Below, one piece after another: positions 1-11,027 of a stretch of 32,267 nt of DNA. The notes under the pieces were generated by a model. That model did no database searches. It was not told where the DNA came from and was given only the letters and a program-made list of their open reading frames with translations. This DNA comes from Thraustochytrium aureum (Eukaryota): positions 113,001-145,267 of the forward strand of contig BLSG01000137.1 in the NCBI GenBank assembly GCA_012862495.1. Direction: 5' to 3'. Position 1 is the first letter of the stretch. Each line of letters begins with the position of its first letter. The position numbers and the translations under genes are program-made.

Positions 1-672
1 CTCGGGCTTGTCGTTCAGTAAAGCTAGCTAGGTATGCAAGGCGGCTTCCTTTGCTTGCGTACAGGCGCTCGGCTCTCTTCGCTCGAAGTGCTTGTGCACT
101 GGTGCTCTCCATCACGGGCATGGGCGGGACCGGCACTGCGCTGCATGTCGAGAAAGTCGTTCAGCACGTCCACGAGACCCCTCCAAGTCAAGAAAAAATG
201 AATAAAAACGGACCAAGAAATGTATCAGGCAAAAGTGGAAAAAAACTCCCGGGTCTTGTTCTAGAGCACGTGTTCGGTGAACGCGAAACTCGGCTCAGCT
301 GCTGAGTACGATGCCAATGCTCCTTTCCCTCAGGCGATGAAATCCGCACGGCGGCGCCGCGGCAGCCGCAGCCCGCAGCCTCAGGGGAGGACCCACCATG
401 TTGCCGTGACTGGAACACCCGGCAGACTTGGAGGATTGTAATCCGCCCCGGGTGACATCTGAACTCTGTAAGCCCGCTTGGGAATCCCAGGGTCCACAGC
501 ATGTATCGATCTGGCGGACGGACGGGGGCGATCGTGGCCGAAGTGCCCGCGCCTTGGACAGCAAACCCTCAACACAGCGCGTTAAGTACCAAAGACTCGA
601 GAAACGCAGAACAACAGCTGCCTGCGCGCGGCTTTAGAGACAGCTCCCAAACCCGAGAAAAACAGCACAAAG

Positions 673-1014
673 ATGGCCTCGCAGCCGATTTACGTGGCCG
701 GACCGGCGCCGGCTGGCACGGAAAAGCAGAACGTCTACCTGGCGCAAGGCGTTCCGCAGTACGAGCAGCAGCAGCAGCAGCCAAACATCATTTACGTGCA
801 ATCACCCACCCCGGTCAACAACTCGTGCCCGTGCGGCCGCGGGCAGCTCCTGACCACCCACCACGTTGGCATGTGCCAGATCATCGCCTTCATTGTCCTT
901 TTGCTCGTGTTCTGGCCGCTCTGCTGGATCCCGTTTGTAATGAGCTCGTGCAGCGAGACACGCGTCAAGTGCATCTCTTGTGGGCGCGTCGTGCACCGCG
1001 ACCACGGCATATGA
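673..1014 (+). CDS. LITAF-like (Zn-knuckle, membrane-associated) small protein, 113 aa
   Basis: ATG preceded by an A-rich leader. Q/P-rich N-terminus, then CPC...hydrophobic stretch (IIAFIVLLLVFWPLCWIPF)...SC...KCISCG, which matches the LITAF layout of Cys knuckle, hydrophobic segment, Cys knuckle. Confidence 0.75.
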   Translation: MASQPIYVAGPAPAGTEKQNVYLAQGVPQYEQQQQQPNIIYVQSPTPVNNSCPCGRGQLLTTHHVGMCQIIAFIVLLLVFWPLCWIPFVMSSCSETRVKCISCGRVVHRDHGI

Positions 1015-1185
1015 AGNNNNNNNNNNNNNNNNNNNNNNNNNNNNNNNNNNNNNNNNNNNNNNNNNNNNNNNNNNNNNNNNNNNNNNNNNNNNNNNNNNNN
1101 NNNNNNNNNNNNNNNNNNNNNNNNNNNNNNNNNNNNNNNNNNNNNNNNNNNNNNNNNNNNNNNNNNNNNNNNNNNNNNNNNNNNN

Positions 1186-1536
1186 TCCAACTCCATTTGC
1201 CTGACCGTGTAGGCCAAGGGAAAGTAGATCGTACTCTGTAGACCAACCAGCATTGACAAAACCAAACCAACATTTCATGTCGTAATCATTCCAATACAGC
1301 ATATCCATCTCGGCCCCCAACTCATCGAACTGAGGGCACCACATGACTGGCGCCCACGAGGTCGTGTATCGTCGGTCGCTCCGGCGACGCTGGCCGTTCG
1401 ATCTTGTTGCGTTGGGCTCCGCACCGGCGGGCGGCCACGGTGGTAACAAAAGCTGCAAGGTCCTCCCTCAAACCAGCTTCCCTCAAGCCTCATGCAAAGC
1501 GGATCGCCACCGGGCCTCCGAGCCGCGCGCCGACAT
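1186..1536 (-). CDS. Putative hypothetical protein, frameshifted; 3' end in the gap
   Basis: Three consecutive protein-like segments (MSARGSEARWRSALHE / LREAGLREDLAAFVTTVAARR...PTIHDLVGASHVV / PQFDELGAEMDMLYWNDYDMKCWFGFVNAGWSTEYDLL) join if two single-base homopolymer indels (~1487, ~1335) are corrected. An alternative in-frame ATG lies at 1656. Confidence 0.4.
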
Positions 1537-1715
1537 GGCCGCCTGCCTCCGAGCCTCACCGGGCGCAGTTGAGCCAGGCCGAGCGGTGGCTGGCACGGCA
1601 ATGATGGCGAGGCGTCCGAAGTGGTCCAAGTCAAAAAGCAGTCGTGGCAGAATCATCGCCAGAAGCTGGAGGTCGCAGCAGCGCAGATCCGTATCGTCGC
1701 GACGGAGGCGGGAGG

Positions 1716-4700
1716 ATGCTCGCGGACATCTTCGGGGACGACGGCTGGCAGGAAGAGGAGGGAAATGGCAATGATTCAGGCCCGGCGCTCGCGGCCGATA
1801 GCCGGTGGCTGCGCCCCCCGGCGGCGCTGCGAGATGTGGACGAGTTCGCAGGGCTGACCAACCAAGGCGGAACGTGCTACTTGAACTCGCTGCTGCAAGT
1901 GCTCTTCCTGGTGCCCGAGTTCAGGGCCAAGGTGTATGGGCTCGACCCGGAGCGCGATCTGGGCCAGGCGGGCAGCGCCGCGAAACGGGCCGGCTTGCTG
2001 GAGCTTCAAGGCGTCTTCGCGAGGCTCGACCTCTCGAAGCGCAAGCAGGTCTCGACCGAGGACCTCACGCAGCGGGCGTTCTCCTGGGGCGACGGCCAGG
2101 CAGCGACGCACCACGATGTGCACGAGCTTGTTACAAAGCTCCTCGAGCGACTGCACCGCGAGCTGGCAGGCACGCCGCACGCCGCTCTAGTCAAGGAAAC
2201 GTTCATCGGGGTTGCGCAAGAGAATGCGGTGCGCTGCACCGCGTGCGCGCACTCATCGGGACGCGAGACGCCCTTCATGACACTGTTCGCTACCGTCGAG
2301 GGCTTTGGGAGCCTCCAAGACTCGCTCAAAGCGCAATACCGCGGCAAGCCGGAGCGCCTGGAGGGCTCGAATGCGTACGAGTGCGAGGCTTGCAAGCAGG
2401 TCACGGACAAGGAGCTTTCGCAGCGGCTCGTGTCAGTCCCGCCGTGCCTCTTCGTCAACCTGAATAGGTTTACGTTCAACTTTGAGACATGCCGCCGAGT
2501 CAAGGTCACCTCGCGATTCGAGTTTCCCACTACTCTTGACATGGGCGAGTACCTCGCCCCTGGCGCGGCCGAAACGGAGTCCCCGGCAGGCGAGGCTGGC
2601 GCGAGCGAGAGCGAAACGCAGGGCGAGAGCGCGCCACCTGATGGGCGCGGCGAGGCCCCTTCTTCGACTTGCGAGCAGCAGCTGCCTCGTGAAGGGCGGG
2701 AGCGGCCGAACAAGCTGCTCTACGACCTGGTTGGCATCATCTCGCACTCCGGGTCGGGCTACGCCGGGCACTACATTTGTTATCTACGTACTGACGCGCT
2801 CGGGGTCAAGGGCCGCGCGCCAAAGAGCCCCGAGTCAGAGTGGCGCGTGGTACCCAGCAAGAAAGGCAAGCGACCGCCCCAGTCAAGCAAGCAGGACATG
2901 TCGGCCTGGGGCGAGTGGTTCAAATTCAACGACACCAAGGTGCACGCAGTGAGCACCGAGGAGATCGCGCAGACCTTTTCCGGCCGCAGCTGCGCCTACA
3001 TGCTGCTCTATCGCTCGCAGGCGGCGCGGGAGGACGCTCCGACGCAGCAGGCCCTTAGGGAGATGGTTCCTCAGGCGTGGCGCAGCACTGTGCTCCAGGA
3101 AGACGCCGAGTTGGACTTGGCTTGGGCCGATTACGAACGCCAAAGAAACACGCGGGTTTTCACCGTGTTGCGGAGCGCGGACGTCCTCCTTCAGGGCCCG
3201 CACGTTGTTCTGGCCGCGAAAGATGCGCCAGCCGCCGAGAAGGTCGAGCTCGACGCCCGGCTGCCACTCGGCGAGGCCGTAGAGCAGTTTGGGACCGCGG
3301 CTGGGCTGTGCTCCGACAAGGCCGCTGGGTCGACCNNNNNNNNNNNNNNNNNNNNNNNNNNNNNNNNNNNNNNNNNNNNNNNNNNNNNNNNNNNNNNNNN
3401 NNNNNNNNNNNNNNNNNNNNNNNNNNNNNNNNNNNNNNNNNNNNNNNNNNNNNNNNNNNNNNNNNNNNNNNNNNNNNNNNNNNNNNNNNNNNNNNNNNNN
3501 NNNNNNNNNNNNNNNNNNNNNNNNNNNNNNNNNNNNNNNNNNNNNNNNNNNNNNNNNNNNNNNNNNNNNNNNNNNNNNNNNNNNNNNNNNNNNNNNNNNN
3601 NNNNNNNNNNNNNNNNNNNNNNNNNNNNNNNNNNNNNNNNNNNNNNNNNNNNNNNNNNNNNNNNNNNNNNNNNNNNNNNNNNNNNNNNNNNNNNNNNNNN
3701 NNNNNNNNNNNNNNNNNNNNNNNNNNNNNNNNNNNNNNNNNNNNNNNNNNNNNNNNNNNNNNNNNNNNNNNNNNNNNNNNNNNNNNNNNNNNNNNNNNNN
3801 NNNNNNNNNNNNNNNNNNNNNNNNNNNNNNNNNNNNNNNNNNNNNNNNNNNNNNNNNNNNNNNNNNNNNNNNNNNNNNNNNNNNNNNNNNNNNNNNNNNN
3901 NNNNNNNNNNNNNNNNNNNNNNNNNNNNNNNNNNNNNNNNNNNNNNNNNNNNNNNNNNNNNNNNNNNNNNNNNNNNNNNNNNNNNNNNNNNNNNNNNNNN
4001 NNNNNNNNNNNNNNNNNNNNNNNNNNNNNNNNNNNNNNNNNNNNNNNNNNNNNNNNNNNNNNNNNNNNNNNNNNTGCACGGAAGCGAGCGCGCAAGTGGA
4101 TCCCGAGCTCGATGGCGTTCAAGCGCTGCTGGAGCTCGCCGCGGCCGGGCTCGGGCTCGTGGCCGCTGGCCTCGACCTGGAAGAGCTCTGTTTGCTGGCT
4201 CCCGCGAGCGCCGACAAACTCGAGCGCGTCGATGAGCTCAAGCCCGGCTCGGTCGTCCGGGTCGCTCTGGCACGCGAGGTCTCCGACGCGCACCAGAGCG
4301 CTTCCAGGCCGAGCCAGACTACGGACACACCCCCCGACTTGCGCCAGACCAGGTCACGCTCAAGTGCTGCTTGGTCACGGGCGGCGACCCAAGTGCGCTC
4401 AAGTTTGTTCCGTCGCAAACGGTGGAGCGAAGCGAGACAGCAACAGTCTCCATCGCCTCGAGCTGCTCGTTGCGCGAGCTTAAGGCGGCGGCCTTGGCAG
4501 AGCTGGCCCCGGACATGTTTGACGTGGATGAGGTCCGCATCAGATCGACCAACTGGGCTGATGAACCTGGGGGCTCGTTCCCGAGGTGCGAGCGAGTCAA
4601 GGAACGGCCGAAGCGCAAGCGGCAGCGATCGCATCGCTGGCCCCGCTGTTGCAAAGTGCGTTGAGCGGCGCATGGACCGAGGCTCGCTGCGCTGCCGCGT

Positions 4701-5497
4701 ATGCTGCTCTAGGCGGCACGTTGCCGGCAGAAGCGATCGCGTTTGAGGCCGGCTGGAAGGCTGCGTGCGCGGCCAGGCAGACCGGGGACGCGCGGGACCC
4801 GCAGGCCTGGCTCTCGCTCTCAGGCGACAGCGGACTCGCTCTTCGTCTGGACGACATCACCATTGCAGACCAGTACCACGAGCTTTGCAGCGGCGAGCAC
4901 GTGGCGATCGAGCCTGGCCGAGCCCCGCCGATTGGTGCGTTCGACCTGGCCGTTTACCTCTGGCAGGCCAGTAGCCCAACGCCTTCGGCTCTCCCTGTTG
5001 GCACCGTGCGCGTCCTCGACCAGCCGGGGACTAACTTGAAGTTTGCCGTGGCGCGCGAGGTTCTTGCAGAGGCCTGCAGCAAACGTGGCGAGGGTGCCGA
5101 GAGCGACCGCTTTCAACGTGCCTCTGACCTCGCCGTCGCCCTAGCCAGCGTCCGACAGGTCTGCATTAGGGAGTTGGTGCAAGGCGGCCCCCTGGGGCCC
5201 GTTCCGGGCGGCATCGAGCTGATCAAGAGCATGCGCGCCCGCGTTAAAAAGGGGGCAGGGACGTCCCCGATCCCGGTCGTCGTCCACGCCTCGTCGGCCA
5301 CATCCGCGGAGATGTCAGAGTCTTCCAAGCGCTCGAAGGTGGCCTTCGTGACGACTTGGGCCTCGCACGCGAGCCTCGGGCAAGGCCCTCAGGCGGCGGC
5401 CTCGTTTGGCCCGCCATCGAGCTCGTGCTTCCGGCGCGGTGGGGCGCAGACGAACGGGGACGAGCCGACGCCGGCGGCGCAGCTCTTGAGCGGCTAG
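1716..5497 (+). CDS. USP40: Ubiquitin carboxyl-terminal hydrolase, USP40-like (peptidase C19); interrupted by gap 3336-4074 and probable indel errors
   Basis: Cys box GLTNQGGTCYLNSLLQ, HDVHEL, Zn fingers CTAC and CEAC, His box HSGSGYAGHY, and WFKFNDTKV. The start MLADIF and PPA-R-F-G-NQGGTCYLNS closely resemble USP40 as I recall it. After the gap, protein-like sequence continues across frame switches near 4330 and 4570, both at homopolymer runs. The 3' end is uncertain. Confidence 0.85.
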
Positions 5498-5887
5498 GCC
5501 GCTCCCAGCAGGCTGCACAAGCACCAGCGCACCCGTCGAGCCCGGGAGAAATTCTCCAGCGCGCGCCTTCACGGACTCTAGAGGGACGAGCTTGAGCAGG
5601 TCCTCGTCCGCCGCGAGCAGGCTCTCGACTGAGACACCTTCGCCGAGGGCTTGGCGCGCTACTTCGCGAGCTATCGCTGCGACCTCGGTGCCGGTTGCGC
5701 CAGCGGCGCAGTAGTGCGACGATTCGTTCACCTGGGAACCGTCGCGGCCGGCCTCCGCCTCGGCGACGACAGCGACCCGAAACGGGACGGGAGCGGTGTG
5801 TTGGGAGGGATCGGCCAGGTTGTACCCGGGCTGGCCCGGGCCAACGACCAGCACGACTAGGTCTTTGTCGAGCTGCACGTCGCTAAG
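5494..5887 (-). CDS. Hypothetical protein, partial (5' part in or beyond gap 5888-6106)
   Basis: Minus frame reads globular and protein-like (LDKDLVVLVVGPG...VPFRVAVVAE...VAAIAREVARQALG...DLLKLVPLESV...GALVLVQP). As assembled it stays open to 5315, but reads as non-protein-like past ~5490. Confidence 0.45.
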
Positions 5888-6395
5888 NNNNNNNNNNNNN
5901 NNNNNNNNNNNNNNNNNNNNNNNNNNNNNNNNNNNNNNNNNNNNNNNNNNNNNNNNNNNNNNNNNNNNNNNNNNNNNNNNNNNNNNNNNNNNNNNNNNNN
6001 NNNNNNNNNNNNNNNNNNNNNNNNNNNNNNNNNNNNNNNNNNNNNNNNNNNNNNNNNNNNNNNNNNNNNNNNNNNNNNNNNNNNNNNNNNNNNNNNNNNN
6101 NNNNNNCGGCCTGGTCGTCGCGCGTCGCGGAGACCGCTCTTGACCTGGGCGGGTTTGGCGATTTCGGCGCGGCGGACTGGTGATTCGAAGCAGAGCCAGC
6201 TGGGTGGCGCGAAGCCGCATGCACGCAGCTATTACCGCGAAGCAGTTTTCATTTTATGTCGGCAGGCGTCTCCGAGTCCTCCGAGCTCGCCGAGCTCGAG
6301 AGAGCAAAGCAAACAACGACGGCGGACGGCGAAGACAGCAAACACCCGCGGCGGACGGCGAGCGGGAGGAGGCGACTCGGGTTGGCGCATGCTTG

Positions 6396-8998
6396 TTACG
6401 CGCGAGTTGCGCGTGATTGCGCGCTCTGCGCCGAAGGAGAGCCGAGCGAGCCGTCCGTTCCACCAGAAACGTGGGACGGGAGAGCGCCAGAAAAGTCGCC
6501 GACGTCCCTTGAGGCCACCCCGCGGTCGCTCGCCCGCGCGCCAAAGTGATCCAGGACTTGGACAAGGTCCAACAGCGGGTCCCGGGACAGCGAGCGGTGG
6601 AGCTGGCGCATTGCAGTGCGACTTGCTGCGTCACCAAAGTGCCGACATGCCAGGTCGAACAAGCGGGTGGCCTCGTTCGTCTGGCCGGACGGCATGTCCC
6701 TGGGCGGAAACGCCACCGTCGCATCAAAGACTCGATGGGCGCTTCGCTCGACGTCAAACTTGATCCCCACAAAGCGAAGGAGGAACAAAACGCCGCCGGC
6801 AACAGGGACTGCGCGCTGCGCGACAAAGGGGCGAAGATAGGCCGGCTCTGTCAAGAGCTCGAATTTTACGCACGCTTTTCGCAGCAGCTCGTCACGACGC
6901 TCGATGCCCAAGTGGCTCAGCAGCAGAACGCGGCATGTCGAGTCGCGGAGGCGCACCGGAACGAACGCCTTGAACGCCGTAAAGGCAAAGCCGTTCACGC
7001 CTGCCTCGGCGTCGACAGGGTCCGAGCTCTGTGTGTTGATTCTCACCCCGTCGTCCCGGTTGAGTAGCGCGCAGTGCAGCGCCAGGCGCTGCAGAGGCTG
7101 CAAGCCGTCCATTTGGTTTACGCTGAGGTGCGTTTCGGCGGGCCCGAGGCAATCTCCATGCTCGCGGAGCAGACGGCGAGCTTGTGCAAAGGAAAACCCA
7201 GGGAGCCTCAGCAAGCGTTCGAGTCCAGCCCGGTTGGCCGCGGAGAGGCACCGGGAATGACCGGGGCCAGGCTGCGCTGCACAGCAGGCATGACGTAGGG
7301 CGAACGCCGCAGGTTTGCGCGTTGGCACTGGCTTGGCCGAGGGCGCCTGGAGCGCCACGTTTGCGTTTGGGTCCTCAAGTGACGCTGCGTGTTGCATGGC
7401 CAGTTGAAGCGCCACCGTCGCGCATGGGCCTGCGCCGTCGTGGGCGAGCTGCATGAGCAGTGTCATCCGCCCCAAGTCGTTGTCCGCACTTTGGGACGCC
7501 GGGGTGGAATGCCGCCCGCCGTTCGGGATGTCGAGCGCGTCGGCGTCGAGCTCAGTCGGAACGCGCCAGAACCCGTGGCCACAAAGGGGCGCCTTTGAAG
7601 GCGAGCCTGGCGACACGCTAGAGCCCTCACTCGCCTGGAGGACTCGGCTGTGCTGCGTCGGGCTCGCGGAGGCTTGTCGCGCGGCGGACCCTGACCCGTT
7701 GCTCCAACTTGTCTGCTGACTGGGGTCCTGGCCGCGGTAGATGGGACTGTCCACGTTGAGGGAGGCAGGCAGGGAGGCTGGGTCTGCAGTTGACGTGTCG
7801 AAAGCGCCGTCGAGCGGGTCGCGGAGATTCTGACTCGGCGGCGACTCGCTCCCGTTGTTGCCCTGCACGTAGAGGCCCGATTGTGGGCCCGAGCCTTGCG
7901 ACGCGGGGCGCTGCGTCGGGCTTTTCGTGCCCCCTGCGCCATCGTCCTCGCGTCCTGCATCGAACGCCTCGATTGTGGTGGAGGCGCCGCGCGCGCTGCC
8001 AAGTGCGGGTTGCGCGGCCAAGCTGCTGCGCTGCGCCACGCTGCTGTTGGCGATTCCTTCTGTGTGGAGCGGCACGAGCTGCCTGATTTTCGGGCTTGGA
8101 AGCGGGGCTGGGGGTTGAAGCGGGGCTGGGCTTGGAAGCGGGGCTGGGCTTGGAAGCGGGGCTGGGCTTGGCGCCATAGCGTCCTGCGTGTCGACATGGT
8201 GTTCGCTATGCGCAAACAATAGTTGGGATGTTTCGTCGCATGGTTGATACTCTTCCTCGTCCTCGTCCTCGTCGATCTGCACCTCCGTGGCCTGCGTTGG
8301 AACGATTGGAGACGCTGGCTGGCAAGCTCTGTCGTCCTCTTCCTCCCCGCCTTCTGCTGCGCGTTGCCTTTCCAGGACAGAGCTGCTCGCTCGTGCCAGC
8401 AGGCGTGGGCTCGGGTTTTGGCTAGCCCCTGTCCCTGGAGGGCGAACTGGCTCCGGGATTTGGCTCGTTGGTGCTGAGGAGGTTGGTGTTGGCGCCTCGG
8501 CTGTTCTCCAAGCCGCTGAGTCGGGCTCGCTCGGCTCGACAAGGGTCTCGGCTGCAGAAGCCTCGGGCTGCGAGGCGCTCTGTGTCGGCAGAAACCCATG
8601 CGGCTGCGAAGCGCTCTGGGACGACAGAAACATCTGCGCGTCGGAGCCCCCGCGTTCTTGCAGGCGTGGAGGCGACCTCGCTCCCTCTTGCTCGGGTTGC
8701 CATAGTTGACGTCGTTTTGAGACCGGCGTACCTGTTGCGTTGCTTCGTTCCTGCGTCCCGTCAGCGTCGTTGGGCGGCAACTGCGTCCCGTCGGCGTTCG
8801 TTGCCTGGTGCCGCCTTGTGTGCCACTTCCGTCCACCGCCGCGTCGAGAACGGCGAGTTGCCGCCCACTTGCGCTCCGGAGCAGCCGCGCATAGAGGCTA
8901 ACGAGCGCGGCAGCGTGCGCGGCAGCGTCCGCGGTGGGCGCCGGCACTGGCTGCTCCTCCGCTGGAGGCTCGAGCCACGCGCGGTGGCGTCGGGGCAT
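6396..8998 (-). CDS. Hypothetical protein with SQ/TQ-rich disordered N-terminal half, UBA-like segment and unknown C-terminal globular region
   Basis: 794-codon open frame 6396-8780 that starts at TTG. The ATG at 8998 in another frame gives a protein-like N-terminus (MPRRHRAWLEPP...ALVSLYARLL) and would join through one indel near 8800-8830. UBA-like LERLLRLPGFSFAQARRLLREHGDCLGPAETHL lies at 7125-7223. Confidence 0.7.
8092..8171. repeat. 18-bp coding tandem repeat, ~4.4 copies, encoding (SPAPLP)n on the minus strand
   Basis: Unit gggcttggaagcggggct at 8092, 8110 (variant), 8128, 8146 and a partial copy at 8164. Confidence 0.95.
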
Positions 8999-9390
8999 GG
9001 GCCGTGTCGAGCAAGGGACGCGAGATGCTGTCCTGTCCTGCCCGCCGGCCGGCAGTCAGCGAGCCAGCGAGCCAGTAAGCCAGCCAGCCACAGGGCACCG
9101 CCGACTCTGCGGCGGCCAGGTCGCGGCGCAACCAGCGCGCTCCTCGGCGCTGGAGGACAAAACGAAAGATGGACGTCGACCAAGAAAGCTTACATGATGG
9201 AGTTGGCAGACTAGTGTGGCGGTGCAGGCTGCTGCAAGAGCCCAAGGAGTGACGACGAGGACGACGTCCAGTCCAGGCAAAGAAAGAACACTACGCGACG
9301 GCAGGCCGCTGCGAAGCGGCGGACGGCACGTTCGATGCCGACGGCCGCGCTCGACAGATGGCGCATTGGATGCCGAGCATGACTTGCCGG

Positions 9391-10003
9391 TCACTCGAAC
9401 ATGAGCGTGGACGAGAGCGCGTTCGGCGACGACGGCGTCCCACGGCGGTACTGGCTGGCGTGCGGCGCAGCTTGGCTCGCGTTGTGGGTCTGCTGGGCCT
9501 GGCCATGCAACGCGGGCTGGTGGTGACCGGGATGCGGCAGGTGCATGAGGCGGTGGTGATCTGGCGTGCGGCCACGCATGTGCTGCATCAGCGAGCTTTG
9601 CTCGATGTAAGTGAAGCCGTCAAAGAGCGGCTCCTCAGACATGGAGGCCGACAGGGCGTGCGGCGGCTGCGGCGAGGCGGACACGATCGAGTTGACAGGA
9701 AGCCGTGTGAAGGCCGTGTCAAAGTTGTCCGTGTCCGTCTGCGAGCGCACGTTGGGCACGAACGGAGGCCTGACCTGCTTGCGGTACAGGGCGTCAAAGT
9801 TGACGCCGAGGAAAAAGGGGTGCTCCATGACTTCGGCAATGTCGCGCGCGCTGCCGAGCCGCGTCGCGACGTCGCGTTGCAGAAAGTCAGCGAGGATGTG
9901 CCGCGAGGGAGCTGACAAATAGTCGGGGAAGCGGAGCTCGGAGCTGCGGATGGAGGCAAACATGCGCTGCCTGTCTTGCGAGTACCAGGGTGGGAGCCCG
10001 GTG
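9391..10003 (-). CDS. AGC-family Ser/Thr kinase (S6K/SGK/Akt-like), C-terminal part; the rest lies in gap 10004-10929
   Basis: TGLPPWY...RLGS...EHPFF (end of the C-lobe), followed by AGC tail motifs PPFVP, NFDTAFT and hydrophobic motif FDGFTY, then an H/Q-rich extension. Confidence 0.9.
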
Positions 10004-11027
10004 NNNNNNNNNNNNNNNNNNNNNNNNNNNNNNNNNNNNNNNNNNNNNNNNNNNNNNNNNNNNNNNNNNNNNNNNNNNNNNNNNNNNNNNNNNNNNNNNN
10101 NNNNNNNNNNNNNNNNNNNNNNNNNNNNNNNNNNNNNNNNNNNNNNNNNNNNNNNNNNNNNNNNNNNNNNNNNNNNNNNNNNNNNNNNNNNNNNNNNNNN
10201 NNNNNNNNNNNNNNNNNNNNNNNNNNNNNNNNNNNNNNNNNNNNNNNNNNNNNNNNNNNNNNNNNNNNNNNNNNNNNNNNNNNNNNNNNNNNNNNNNNNN
10301 NNNNNNNNNNNNNNNNNNNNNNNNNNNNNNNNNNNNNNNNNNNNNNNNNNNNNNNNNNNNNNNNNNNNNNNNNNNNNNNNNNNNNNNNNNNNNNNNNNNN
10401 NNNNNNNNNNNNNNNNNNNNNNNNNNNNNNNNNNNNNNNNNNNNNNNNNNNNNNNNNNNNNNNNNNNNNNNNNNNNNNNNNNNNNNNNNNNNNNNNNNNN
10501 NNNNNNNNNNNNNNNNNNNNNNNNNNNNNNNNNNNNNNNNNNNNNNNNNNNNNNNNNNNNNNNNNNNNNNNNNNNNNNNNNNNNNNNNNNNNNNNNNNNN
10601 NNNNNNNNNNNNNNNNNNNNNNNNNNNNNNNNNNNNNNNNNNNNNNNNNNNNNNNNNNNNNNNNNNNNNNNNNNNNNNNNNNNNNNNNNNNNNNNNNNNN
10701 NNNNNNNNNNNNNNNNNNNNNNNNNNNNNNNNNNNNNNNNNNNNNNNNNNNNNNNNNNNNNNNNNNNNNNNNNNNNNNNNNNNNNNNNNNNNNNNNNNNN
10801 NNNNNNNNNNNNNNNNNNNNNNNNNNNNNNNNNNNNNNNNNNNNNNNNNNNNNNNNNNNNNNNNNNNNNNNNNNNNNNNNNNNNNNNNNNNNNNNNNNNN
10901 NNNNNNNNNNNNNNNNNNNNNNNNNNNNNTCGATTGAGCTCTGCTGGACCTGTGTGTCTGCGAGTCTTGCTTGCATGCTTGGCGTCACACGCGACTGGGC
11001 CAAGTGATATTCCCTCCACCCGATTCC

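Noticed and set aside
24..502. Possible minus-strand gene (…GLVDVLNDFLDMQRSAG…) with a T-rich intron-like stretch
   Set aside because: Fragments need several frame changes, and there are no clear splice sites or recognisable domain, so it cannot be supported.
1465..1485. Two in-frame TGA codons on the minus strand as selenocysteine or readthrough
   Set aside because: The neighbouring frame (LREAGLREDLAAF) reads better and is reached by one homopolymer indel. No SECIS or selenoprotein motif was recognised.
3077..4746. Long ORFs in the track made mostly of X (also 9391-11082, 20100-21147, 22767-25279, 30289-31435)
   Set aside because: Artefacts of translating through N-gaps. Only the sequenced flanks are informative.
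673..8998. Ubiquitin-related cluster (LITAF, USP40, UBA-like protein)
   Set aside because: Ubiquitin-system genes are abundant in eukaryotes. Proximity without synteny or co-expression data is not evidence of a system.
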